Positions 48,385-57,435 of a stretch of 64,000 nt of DNA are shown one piece after another. Positions within the stretch are counted from its first letter, which is position 1; every line of letters starts with the position of its first letter. Below the pieces are notes generated by a model, which was not told the origin of the DNA, searched no databases, and was given only the letters and a program-made list of their open reading frames with translations. The stretch covers positions 24,143 through 88,142 of the forward strand of contig CAYQYP010000061.1 in assembly GCA_964421755.1 (NCBI GenBank). The letters are read 5' to 3'. The DNA comes from an uncultured Acidobacteriota bacterium. GTDB taxonomy: Bacteria; Acidobacteriota; UBA6911; RPQK01. The position numbers were made by a program, and so were the translations under genes.

Positions 48385-48882
48385 TTACGGAGTCGGTGAT
48401 AGCTCACGGCTGAAAATGACTTTCGAGTCGCCAGGGCGATAGAAATCCTTGAGTACTGCCTCCTCGCGGTATCCGGCGGAGAGGTAGAAGGCCCGCGTAG
48501 GATTGTAGAGCTCGCGCGAAGACGTTTCGATGTAGACCCGGCGTCCGCCGCGTTCGGCGATCATTCGTTCGCTCTCCCGCAGCAGGGCTTTCCCGATGCC
48601 CCTGCCCTGGAACTGCGGATTGACCACGATCCAGTACAAGTCGTAGCTGGCGAGCGTAGCGGGTATCGGGCCGTAACACGTGTAGCCGACGAGGCGGCCT
48701 TCAGTCTTGGCAAGAAGGAAGAAGTACCCCGATTCTTCGCCTCGTCTGGCACTCTCCTCGGCCAGTTCGTAGGCTATTGCCACCTCCTCGTCGTTGAAGA
48801 AGCCGGTGGCTGCAACCAGCGATCTGAGTTGAACGAGATCGGCCTGCGAGACGTGAGTCAGAAAGGTGAGTTCGATGGGCAT
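48385..48882 (-). CDS. GNAT-family N-acetyltransferase.
   Basis: Classical motif A QFQGRGIGKALL. Confidence 0.8.
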   Translation of the reverse strand: MPIELTFLTHVSQADLVQLRSLVAATGFFNDEEVAIAYELAEESARRGEESGYFFLLAKTEGRLVGYTCYGPIPATLASYDLYWIVVNPQFQGRGIGKALLRESERMIAERGGRRVYIETSSRELYNPTRAFYLSAGYREEAVLKDFYRPGDSKVIFSRELSPTP

Positions 48883-48897
48883 AGTCGATATTGGCAG

Positions 48898-49857
48898 CTA
48901 GAGAGCCTCGGCCACGATTCGCGCGATCACCGTCCCGTGATCGTACCCGGCTTCCCGGGCAGCGGCCATGAGACCACCGTCCGGCGAAATGCAGGGGTTG
49001 GTGTTTACCTCCAGGACCCACGGCTCGCCGTTCCGATCGACCCGAAAGTCCACCCGGGCGTAGCCGCGAAGGCCGAAGACGGTCCAACACTGGCTGGCGA
49101 CGAGAGCCAGTCGGTTCAGCACCGGTTCCATATCCGGCCCGAACTGAAAGGTTCTTACCGTGTTCTTGTACTCGAAACTCTGTTCGTCCCACTTTGCGCG
49201 GTAGTCGACGATGTGGTACTGCCCGTCAGGGAAATCGATGAACTGAATTTCGGCGGGAGGCAAAAGCTCCGGTTGCTTCTTGAACCCGAGCAGTGACAAG
49301 TTGAACTCCCGACCGTGAATGAAGAGCTCGGCGAACCTCTCATCGGGCCCGCCTTCCCGAATACGCTCCGCTGCGAGAGCGCTGTCTGCGACGACGTTGT
49401 CCTGCCCGATTCCAATGGATGCATGCTCCCAGACCGATTTCACTATCCACGGAGAGCCGTCGAGCTCGGTCACGGCCGAATCCGCGGAGAGCCAGAGAGG
49501 CGTGGGGATTCCAGCCTGTTGCATGATGCGCTTGGCGAGCGTTTTGCTCCCGGTCAGGAAGAACGCCTCTGCGGGACAGCCCGTGTACGGGATGCCCAAG
49601 GAGTCCAGAAGCCCCGGAGCGAAGTACGCGAGACGACCCTTTCCTTCGACCGATTCCACGAGATTGAATGCGAGGTCAGGTGCGAAGCCGCGCAGGCGGG
49701 CAATTACGTCAGGGAGCGACAGCGAAAACTCAATCCGCTCGACCGTGTGTCCCTGGCTGCGGAGGCACGACGATACAACCTCTGCCTCGACGAGCACATC
49801 CTGCTCGTCCGGAGGTGCTTCCGGCGGCACGACCCCGTGGAGAACCGCGATTCTCAA
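48898..49857 (-). CDS. ATP-grasp ligase of the D-alanine--D-alanine ligase family (Ddl-like).
   Basis: Ddl-like N-terminal MRIAVLHG… and an ATP-grasp C-terminal core (…GYARVDFRVDRNGEPWVLEVNTNPC…). It overlaps the upstream ATP-grasp gene by 4 bp. Confidence 0.7.
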   Translation of the reverse strand: MRIAVLHGVVPPEAPPDEQDVLVEAEVVSSCLRSQGHTVERIEFSLSLPDVIARLRGFAPDLAFNLVESVEGKGRLAYFAPGLLDSLGIPYTGCPAEAFFLTGSKTLAKRIMQQAGIPTPLWLSADSAVTELDGSPWIVKSVWEHASIGIGQDNVVADSALAAERIREGGPDERFAELFIHGREFNLSLLGFKKQPELLPPAEIQFIDFPDGQYHIVDYRAKWDEQSFEYKNTVRTFQFGPDMEPVLNRLALVASQCWTVFGLRGYARVDFRVDRNGEPWVLEVNTNPCISPDGGLMAAAREAGYDHGTVIARIVAEAL

Positions 49858-50834
49858 GCCTTGCGTATCCTTTCGCAGGCGGAATCGATGATCATACCGA
49901 GCAAGTCGTCGTATTCCACCCCGGCCAACCGCGCGAGAATCGGCAAGTCCGACCAGACCGGGTTAAGACCCGCAAGCGGATTCACCTCGATGAATTGAGG
50001 GACGCCTTCATCGTCGCATCGCAAATCAATGCGTCCGGCATCCCTGCAGTCGAGGCCTCTCCACGCCTTGACGGCCGTTTCCTTGGCCTGTTCCGCCGTT
50101 TCGTCATCGACCAGCCGGTACTTGACCCGGTCTTCGTAGTTTGCCTTGTTCTGGTAAGAGTAGGAGCCCTGCTCGGCCGTGTCGAGAAGGTGCACCTCCA
50201 TGATTCCGAGCGCGCGCGTGGCCTTCCCGGTGCCGACGAGCCCTACGGTGAACTCCCGGCCGGGCAGGAATTCTTCGATGAGCACCGGCTGACGGTAAAG
50301 ACTCAGCAACCGGGCAACCACCGCGCGCAGCTGGCGCAGGTCATCGATTTTGGAATCGGCGGAAATGCCCTTGCTCGTACCTTCGCCCACGGGTTTTGCG
50401 AACAAAGGGAAGCGGAAATCGAGTTCGTTGATTTCCTCGGTGTCGGAAACAACCGTGAAATCAGTGGTCGGAAGGCCGAGATCGCGGATGACATGCTTGG
50501 TCAGGCCCTTGTGAAGAGTCAGGCCGAGCACCACCGGATCGGAAAAGGTATAAGGAATCTGGTAGGCGTCGAGAAGGCAGGGAACCTGCGCTTCGCGTCC
50601 GAGACCGTGAAATCCTTCGGCGATGTTAAAGACGAGATCCCATCTCTCGTTGGCCAGGAGTCTCCGCGCCAACTCGTTCAGGTTGCCGATGTTGACCGTC
50701 TGATGTCCGAGTTTGCCGAGTGCGCACGCAATGGCGTCGACGGTCTCCCGGCTGTCCAGCTCGGCCGTCTCTTCTTTCCCATACCCTTTGCGCAGGTACT
50801 CATCCCGGAGGTCGTAGGTTATTCCGATTCTCAT
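49854..50834 (-). CDS. ATP-grasp ligase of the D-alanine--D-alanine ligase family (Ddl-like), paralog of the downstream gene.
   Basis: MRIGITYDL… N-terminus and ATP-grasp core (…GRIDLRCDDEGVPQFIEVNPLAGL…). Confidence 0.7.
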   Translation of the reverse strand: MRIGITYDLRDEYLRKGYGKEETAELDSRETVDAIACALGKLGHQTVNIGNLNELARRLLANERWDLVFNIAEGFHGLGREAQVPCLLDAYQIPYTFSDPVVLGLTLHKGLTKHVIRDLGLPTTDFTVVSDTEEINELDFRFPLFAKPVGEGTSKGISADSKIDDLRQLRAVVARLLSLYRQPVLIEEFLPGREFTVGLVGTGKATRALGIMEVHLLDTAEQGSYSYQNKANYEDRVKYRLVDDETAEQAKETAVKAWRGLDCRDAGRIDLRCDDEGVPQFIEVNPLAGLNPVWSDLPILARLAGVEYDDLLGMIIDSACERIRKA

Positions 50835-50953
50835 TTCAGTTCTCGCTTCGGATCTGTTTGACGGGAGGCGCGTACACGCCGCAGTCCGGAGTCCGGTGAA
50901 GTGTATCAAACGCGAAGAGCGAAAGAAATGGGGAGCCCGCGCTCCCCATTTTG

Positions 50954-52249
50954 CTAAGCCCTCAACTGGACTAGTTTCGGATCGGCCGACGCCGAATCGA
51001 CAGGCCGCGCCAACGGATCCGGGTATTTGAACTTTTTACCCTCGTAGTTGCGAAGGACGATGTCGTCACCCTCGCGGCCTACGTAATACTCGGGAAGAAG
51101 AGGAATCTTCCCGCCACCACCGGGGGCATCGATGACGTAGGTCGGAACCGCGTAACCGGTCGTGTAGCCCCGCAACCCCTGGATGATTTCCAGTCCCTTC
51201 TCCACTGGTGTGCGGAAATGCGACGAACCGGAGATCGGATCGCATTGGTAAAGGTAATAGGGGCGAACGCGGATCTTCAGCAGACCGTGCACCAACCGCC
51301 TCATCACCTCCACGTCATCATTGACGCCCGCCAGCAATACGGTCTGGCTTCCAAGCGGAATGCCAGCGTCAGATAGCCGCGAGCAGGCTTCCGCCACTTC
51401 CGGGGTCAGTTCGTCTGGATGAGTAAAGTGAATACTCATCCAAAGCGGATGATACTTGCGCAGCATGCGAGTGAGCGCGGGCGTCACTCGCTGCGGAAGG
51501 ACCGACGGAACCTTCGTCCCGATCCGCAGGAACTCAACGTGCGGAATCTGGCTCAGCCTGGACAACAGCCATTCCAGACGATTGTCTGCCAGCGTCAGGG
51601 GATCGCCGCCGGACAACAAAACGTCGCGGATTTCGGTATGCGCCGCGATGTATTCCAGCGCCCGGTCCCACTGCTTCGTGTTAAATCGATATTCCCCGCC
51701 GGGGTTACCCACCATGCGGGACCTCGTGCAGTACCGGCAGTACACCGAACAGAAACCCGTGACCAGGAACAGAACGCGGTCGGGGTAGCGGTGTACCAGA
51801 CCCGGAACCGGGGAGGCATGGTCTTCACCCAGGGGATCGTCCGCCTCTCCAGGCACCCGAAAATGCTCGGCGGTGACCATTACGACGGTCCGCCGAAGCG
51901 GCTGGGTCGGGTTGATCTCGTCCAGAAGGGAGGCGTAGTACGGCGTGATGCCCACCGGGAGCGGGCCGGAGTGGCTCTGCAAAGCCAGACGCTCGTCTTC
52001 AGAGACCTGCAGAAAGCGTTCCAGGGTACGGAGGTCCGTAATCCGGTTACGCAGCTGCCAGTGCCAATCGTTCCATTCGAAGTCAGTGACGGCTGGGAAA
52101 AAGCGCTCTCTGAAAAGACGGGCCCTTGGCCCAATGACGAGATTCCGGGCGTTCGAGGGGCGTTTCGCCGGTGCGGGGTTGACTAAAGGCAGGTCGACAG
52201 ACAACCTACCGGGAGGTTCGGCTGACTGGCTTGCGCAGTCATCGTTCAT
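50954..52249 (-). CDS. kamA: Lysine 2,3-aminomutase (KamA/AblA family radical SAM enzyme).
   Basis: CSVYCRYCTR radical-SAM cluster motif in KamA context. PLP-binding-lysine region and the KamA-typical N-terminal …WQLRNRI… motif. Confidence 0.85.
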   Translation of the reverse strand: MNDDCASQSAEPPGRLSVDLPLVNPAPAKRPSNARNLVIGPRARLFRERFFPAVTDFEWNDWHWQLRNRITDLRTLERFLQVSEDERLALQSHSGPLPVGITPYYASLLDEINPTQPLRRTVVMVTAEHFRVPGEADDPLGEDHASPVPGLVHRYPDRVLFLVTGFCSVYCRYCTRSRMVGNPGGEYRFNTKQWDRALEYIAAHTEIRDVLLSGGDPLTLADNRLEWLLSRLSQIPHVEFLRIGTKVPSVLPQRVTPALTRMLRKYHPLWMSIHFTHPDELTPEVAEACSRLSDAGIPLGSQTVLLAGVNDDVEVMRRLVHGLLKIRVRPYYLYQCDPISGSSHFRTPVEKGLEIIQGLRGYTTGYAVPTYVIDAPGGGGKIPLLPEYYVGREGDDIVLRNYEGKKFKYPDPLARPVDSASADPKLVQLRA

Positions 52250-52586
52250 GGCCTGTATCTCCTTTCACCATGTCGGTCAGGCTGATGGCCTCACCATGAG
52301 GCGAAGGTTAACAAACCTCCCTGACAACCCGACCGAAACCTGCAGGATTTTAGCCCTGCTTCCTTTGATCCGTTGTGCGTGACCACACAAATCCCACGTT
52401 GAGACTCAGCGGCCTGACACTAAAAATAATTATACGGATTGCATCCGACAACGCGAGCAATCTCTGCAATTTCCGTAATTTTTTTGCGCTCTCAAATAGA
52501 AGCGCGACTAATAAGACGTGGACCTGCGCTGATAGTTGCGTGTTTTTTTGAGGGAGCCGCAGGGGGCCAACCGGGCAGACAAGCTG

Positions 52587-52600
52587 ACTTTAAGGACCTC
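52587..52600. terminator. Perfect 14-bp palindrome GGACCTCGAGGTCC downstream of the 52644..53123 gene. Possible terminator or operator in the long kamA upstream region.
   Basis: Read directly. Confidence 0.35.
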
Positions 52601-52643
52601 GAGGTCCGTTGGTGTCTGCGGTTCGCCATCCGACTGCGCGATC

Positions 52644-53123
52644 CTACTCGGTCGGGCAGATGACCGCTTGGGCTTCATCATCGGGAGGGCAGAAGGCCAC
52701 GCCGGCCGCTGGCCACCGCTCAGTCCGAGGGACAGTGGGCCAGCCTCCCAGTTGGTACTGGGCTTTCATCAGGCTGCGATCGAAGTTGTCCGCGGTGACC
52801 GGGACCGAAACCCGGCTGTGCCGTTTGTCGATGGCTCGTCCCAGGAAGTACCCACCGACCCCGCCTGCGGCGGCAAGCGCCAGTGCCAGCGTCCAGATCT
52901 TTCGCTCCGCGAAAGTGGCGTCGTCATACGCCGCGATGCCGGCAAAAACCCCCAAGGTATAGGCCCCACCGGCTCCGGCGGCCGTGCAGATGATCCGGTA
53001 CTTGGACGATTCTTTCGGTGGGGTGGGGTTCTGGGATGGGCCGCCGCCTTGTCCGAAGACCGAGCTCAGGGCAAACGACGCGATCACAAACGAAGCAATG
53101 AGGCGATTGTGTCGTGAAATCAT
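52644..53123 (-). CDS. Secreted glycine-zipper (SlyB/17-kDa-antigen-like) small membrane-associated protein.
   Basis: Signal peptide and GxxxG-rich segments (AAGAGGAYTLGVFAGIAA…AAAGGVGGYFLG). Confidence 0.55.
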   Translation of the reverse strand: MISRHNRLIASFVIASFALSSVFGQGGGPSQNPTPPKESSKYRIICTAAGAGGAYTLGVFAGIAAYDDATFAERKIWTLALALAAAGGVGGYFLGRAIDKRHSRVSVPVTADNFDRSLMKAQYQLGGWPTVPRTERWPAAGVAFCPPDDEAQAVICPTE

Positions 53124-53357
53124 AATGTCTCCTTGCGCTTGGTCGGATGCACGTTCTGTTCCTTACAGCACGACCTCGGCCAGTCGCCTTAAAGGCGCAC
53201 TCCTGCGTGGCTCCAGGTGCCTCCGGTGGAGCAGATCCTCGACAGCAAGTGCCAAAAAGATCGGCACCGGCTGACGCCAGAGAGTCTATTGTTCGGTCAC
53301 ACGCGTTAAGAGCGGATTGGCACTCGTCTTGCTCCTCAGCGATCAGGAGAAGAGTCC

Positions 53358-54905
53358 GTGATGCATCTGTTGGGGTTCTCGGGGAAGACGCGCTTGTGGG
53401 CAGCGATTTTAGTCTGCGCCTTCGTCTGCAATCAACCGGCGACAGCCGGAGGGCAATTGACCGAGGACGAGCGGAAGGAGCTTGCGGCGGCAGTCAAGGA
53501 GTACAAGAAGAGTCATGTCGGCCGGGACGACTGCAAGCTCATCCGATTATTCCCGAGCCTCCCGCCCGACGAGAAAGTGAAGCTCTGGCTCACCTTGATC
53601 AAGCGTCACCTTTTCGGAGACCAGGTGGTCCGCGACACGATGCTCATCTGGGGAGTGGATGCGGCGCCGGTTCTGACTGACATCGTTCGCCGTGGGAAGG
53701 GCATGGACCGGACGCTCGCGCTGATGTTGCTGTGCGACATGGACCGCTTTGTCCCCCATGATCAGTTTCCGTTTGAGGAGCTTCACGGTTCGGTGCGCGA
53801 CTGGACTCGAACCGCCTGGTCGGAGAAGCTTGAGCATGGCGGAGAAATCAACCGCTTCGCACCCATCGATGGGCGAAGGATTGGCGTGGAGGCTCGAAAC
53901 GCCGTTTACTGGGCTGCCGAGCAGACGGACGACACCGAGTTGCGCTTCCACGCCCGTGAGCACACCGGGCTCTTTCTCGAGGACCTCAGAAAGTGGCCGA
54001 CTGAACATGTCGTGAAGCAATGGGTTCGTCTGGCGGCCAAGGCTCGCCAGTTGGCAGCCCTGGGCTTCTACACCGATGTAAATATCTGGATTCACCAGTG
54101 TCAGATGATCCTGATGGAACGACCGAAAGAGTCGATCCCGGCCGTGACCGCCATTCTACGGTCGTCTCGGGACCCATTCGTGAGGGACAGGGCAGAGGAC
54201 CTTCTGCTTCGGATGGACAGGAGCGTCGTTCGGCTGCGGCGGACTGAGGACGGACGGAAGGCTATCGAAGCGCTTCGGGCGCGATACCGGCGCTCGGATC
54301 TTGCGGTATTTGAACGGCCGCAAGCACCTTTTGGTCTTGCGTCCATTCACGAGCGGATACTGCTGGACAAGGACCCGGAGGCGCTGATGGTGAGCGACTT
54401 CACGCAGCTGATGGCGATCGCCTTTGAACAGTATTATGGAGAGGTAACCCGCTCGACGCTCCCGCCGGAACACACGGCCAAGAGCGTCAACCCCGAGGTC
54501 CGCAGATTCGGCGCTTACCTGAGCTGGGTTGACCCGTGGTATCCCAGCTGGGAGTTCACCGACTGCCGCGGCGGGCGGGACGCCGTCTTCCATCCTGCCT
54601 TCAAGGGCAAGATGGCCAGGTATTACCAAGTGTGGAAGGAATTCAAGGCACGTGGTTTCGTTCTCCCGGAGGCGGCTTTGCCCCCTGCCCCAGACCCTGA
54701 GTACGCCGAGGCTGTTCTTGCTGCCCGCCAACGGGTTGACGAAACAGTCGCAGTGCGAGCGCGTGGTTCCAACCGGGTCCTTTCACCTGAGGCCGCCGGT
54801 TGGCCCGCATGGTTACCGACGGGGCCAATCGGGCCGAATGGCTCGTCGCCATGGCGGAGCGGAATCGACGGGAAGCTCGGAAAAGTACAAGGACGGATCA
54901 ATTAA
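53358..54905 (+). CDS. Secreted hypothetical protein (515 aa).
   Basis: Signal peptide. No recognised domain. Confidence 0.5.
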   Translation: MMHLLGFSGKTRLWAAILVCAFVCNQPATAGGQLTEDERKELAAAVKEYKKSHVGRDDCKLIRLFPSLPPDEKVKLWLTLIKRHLFGDQVVRDTMLIWGVDAAPVLTDIVRRGKGMDRTLALMLLCDMDRFVPHDQFPFEELHGSVRDWTRTAWSEKLEHGGEINRFAPIDGRRIGVEARNAVYWAAEQTDDTELRFHAREHTGLFLEDLRKWPTEHVVKQWVRLAAKARQLAALGFYTDVNIWIHQCQMILMERPKESIPAVTAILRSSRDPFVRDRAEDLLLRMDRSVVRLRRTEDGRKAIEALRARYRRSDLAVFERPQAPFGLASIHERILLDKDPEALMVSDFTQLMAIAFEQYYGEVTRSTLPPEHTAKSVNPEVRRFGAYLSWVDPWYPSWEFTDCRGGRDAVFHPAFKGKMARYYQVWKEFKARGFVLPEAALPPAPDPEYAEAVLAARQRVDETVAVRARGSNRVLSPEAAGWPAWLPTGPIGPNGSSPWRSGIDGKLGKVQGRIN

Positions 54906-54921
54906 GAAGGCCCTTAAAGCC

Positions 54922-55866
54922 TCAAGGTTGGGTGCCGAAGTCTCGTCGCGCGAAGAGACGGACTTTCCCCCAACGTTCACGAGAGACTCGGACCTGGACA
55001 GTCCGCTTCTTCGTTCCGCTTACCGAACTCGACCGGCGGAAGAAGACTCGATATTGCCCGCGCAGAAAGTTCGAGAGAACGTGAAAGTTCTTCTCGATCC
55101 TGGCAAACGAGACCACCGAGAACGGGAAAACGGTTCCTCCCGATCTCCTTGGAAGTTCCGCCACCACCCGGGGAGGAAACCGGAATCGAGTGTCTGGCCC
55201 GACCGCCGGCAGGTCTGATGTAGCAAATGCAATATGGACCGTTACCAGGCTCCGGTCTATTTCTTTCCCGATTGCGGATAGAGACAACTCACTGCTGTTG
55301 TCTTCTCCATCGGTCACGACCACGATAATCCGCCTCCCTGGGGATGCCCCGAGTGGAATTAGTGCCTCACCCAAGGCCTCGTAAAGAGCAGTTGGCCTCC
55401 CTGGACCTCGACTCGCCCGGGGGACCGGGGGCAGCTGCCGAGATTCGATGGCAACGGGATAGACTGATTGATCGAAGGCCAGGACCGAGCAGCGCGACTC
55501 TTCAGGTAACAATCCGGACAACCGTCGGATCTCGCTCATGACGCCCGTTTCCACGTCCTTGGTCGCCCACCAATCGTCCATGGAACTACTCCGGTCGAGG
55601 AGGAAAACGACATCGGCGGGAACCATGCGTGAGACCTTCACCACGTTGCAGCGAATTCCGTTCTCCGTGATCGTGAAGTCGCTGCCATCGAGGTTGGCAA
55701 GGATTTCGCCATCCGTCATCGAGCCTTTCATAACCACCACGTCGACGAAGCCCTCACTCTCACCCGAGGCGAAAAGACCGTGGAACGAGATCGCAAAAAC
55801 CAGCAGACAGCACCTCAGGGATAGGTAAGCGAGCGACCGGGCAGGCATACGAACGATTATAAGCAC
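54922..55866 (-). CDS. VWA-domain protein, second acidobacterial-VWFA paralog.
   Basis: MIDAS-like DRSSSMD and VTDGEDN motifs. Signal/TM N-terminus. The C-terminal …VQVRVSRE… region parallels the 23568-24572 paralog. Confidence 0.7.
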   Translation of the reverse strand: MLIIVRMPARSLAYLSLRCCLLVFAISFHGLFASGESEGFVDVVVMKGSMTDGEILANLDGSDFTITENGIRCNVVKVSRMVPADVVFLLDRSSSMDDWWATKDVETGVMSEIRRLSGLLPEESRCSVLAFDQSVYPVAIESRQLPPVPRASRGPGRPTALYEALGEALIPLGASPGRRIIVVVTDGEDNSSELSLSAIGKEIDRSLVTVHIAFATSDLPAVGPDTRFRFPPRVVAELPRRSGGTVFPFSVVSFARIEKNFHVLSNFLRGQYRVFFRRSSSVSGTKKRTVQVRVSRERWGKVRLFARRDFGTQP

Positions 55867-55947
55867 AGGGGGCCGCCAAGCGGGGTTGATTTCTTCGGAA
55901 AACCGCAGCGCTTGGCGGCCCTTTTCGCCGCCCCACCGAGGAGGCCG

Positions 55948-56631
55948 CTAAGGTCGGCTTCCCGCGTCGTTGACCGACGCTCGTAGCGCCCGCAAATCCT
56001 GGCCCATATGGTTGAAGTGCGACACCAGGTTCCGGGCGAGAAGTGACCCCTCCTGGGCGCCGGCTGCCGCCCGCTGCAGGTGGCGCATTTGCTGGTTCTT
56101 GGATGTCTTTGTCGAGCTCATCAGGGCGGCTGCGAATTCCATTTCGGGATTCCCTGTCTTGTCGATCGCCTGCTGCACCAGGGCATAACCGTCAATTGAG
56201 GGCGCGGTCACCGGGCGTTTCAGGATCGGCAGCGCTTGTCTGTACGTCTCGACGAAGTATCCGAGGTCGAACTGGGCAAGGGCCGCGGGAGTGCCCTTGG
56301 CCTCCAGCATCCGCGTCTTCAGAGCGCCCATCACGGATATGGCTGCCTGTTGATCGCGAATGCCGTAGAGCGCCGAACGCCGGAGAGTTTCCATACGCGT
56401 GATTACGGGGGTTTCCGGCTGAAGCAATGCCAGGGTGTCTGCGGCGAGCTTGGCCGTGTCGTAATCAGGACGACTTTCGTGCCAGCCGGCTCCACCCCAG
56501 GGGAGCGAGCGCGAATTCTCGGTCTCAAACGGGAAGCAGACCAGCGGTGGGCCCGCCCAAAGCGCTGTTCCGACTCCGGTGATCGTAATCGAAAGAAAGG
56601 CCACGCAAGCGACCAGGTGTTTCGTTTTCAT
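55948..56631 (-). CDS. Secreted hypothetical protein (about 227 aa).
   Basis: Signal peptide MKTKHLVACVAFLSITITGVGTALWA. It is divergent from the ECF sigma gene. Confidence 0.5.
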   Translation of the reverse strand: MKTKHLVACVAFLSITITGVGTALWAGPPLVCFPFETENSRSLPWGGAGWHESRPDYDTAKLAADTLALLQPETPVITRMETLRRSALYGIRDQQAAISVMGALKTRMLEAKGTPAALAQFDLGYFVETYRQALPILKRPVTAPSIDGYALVQQAIDKTGNPEMEFAAALMSSTKTSKNQQMRHLQRAAAGAQEGSLLARNLVSHFNHMGQDLRALRASVNDAGSRP

Positions 56632-56862
56632 GATTCGTTCTCCTTTGTATGTCAGGTGTCGCCGGCCGGCACGCCTGGGCTGCATTTCGTGGTGCAGCTA
56701 GTTGTTTTTCTGCCCGGATTAGACGCCGGCGGAACCCTCCGGGTTGGAACTGCATATTTATTAGTAAGCTCACACTCTGTTTAAACGGCGGACCGCCCGT
56801 CGGTGTCTAACGAAGTTAAGAACCAGAGGCGGACGGGCGGCTTGGGTTTTGCGGCCGGAGAA

Positions 56863-57435
56863 ATGATGTCTATAAACCCCGCATTGATGGGGAACCAGGG
56901 AGCATCGGACCCGGAAGAGGTTCGGGAGTGGGTCGCGTGCGCTCAGGCGGGCGATACGGCAGCCTACGAGCGGTTGTACCGGATCTATGTCCGCCGGATC
57001 TACTCGCTCTGTTACCGAATGCTGGCAGAATCGGACTGGGCAGAAGAAGTTACCCAGGAAATCTTCATCAAAGCATGGACGGCTCTCAGGAGCTTCCGGA
57101 ATGAAAGCAGCTTTTTCTCCTGGCTCTACCGGTTGGCGGTCAACCGGGTGCTGGGAAGCATCCGGGAAAACCGACGACGCGTCGCCCGTGTGTTCACTGC
57201 CGAAGACCGAGTCCTGGAGCAGCACCCGGGGAGACGGACATCTACCGAAGAAAATTTGGACTTGGAGCTGGCGATAGCGGGGCTTCCCGAGCGCGCCCGC
57301 CTGGTCTTTGTGCTGTACGAGATTGAGGGATATCGTCACGACGAAATTGCCGCATTGCTTGGCGTTGCGGAAGGGACCTGCAAGGCGCAGTTGCACCGCG
57401 CCCGGCTTTTGCTCAGAAAGGCACTAGGAAGATGA
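56863..57435 (+). CDS. ECF RNA polymerase sigma factor.
   Basis: Region 2 (YRMLAESDWAEEVTQEIFIKAW) and region 4 (HDEIAALLGVAEGTCKAQLHRARLLLRK). The alternative GTG start at 56803 cannot be excluded. Confidence 0.75.
   Translation: MMSINPALMGNQGASDPEEVREWVACAQAGDTAAYERLYRIYVRRIYSLCYRMLAESDWAEEVTQEIFIKAWTALRSFRNESSFFSWLYRLAVNRVLGSIRENRRRVARVFTAEDRVLEQHPGRRTSTEENLDLELAIAGLPERARLVFVLYEIEGYRHDEIAALLGVAEGTCKAQLHRARLLLRKALGR

Noticed and set aside
49668-50861. 397-aa plus-strand ORF across the ATP-grasp genes, and the 51419-52186 ORF across kamA.
   Set aside because: Both are antisense to confidently assigned genes.
52250-52560. Lysine riboswitch (L-box) upstream of kamA.
   Set aside because: I could not find the conserved L-box core elements. 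It is reported only as a generic structured leader.
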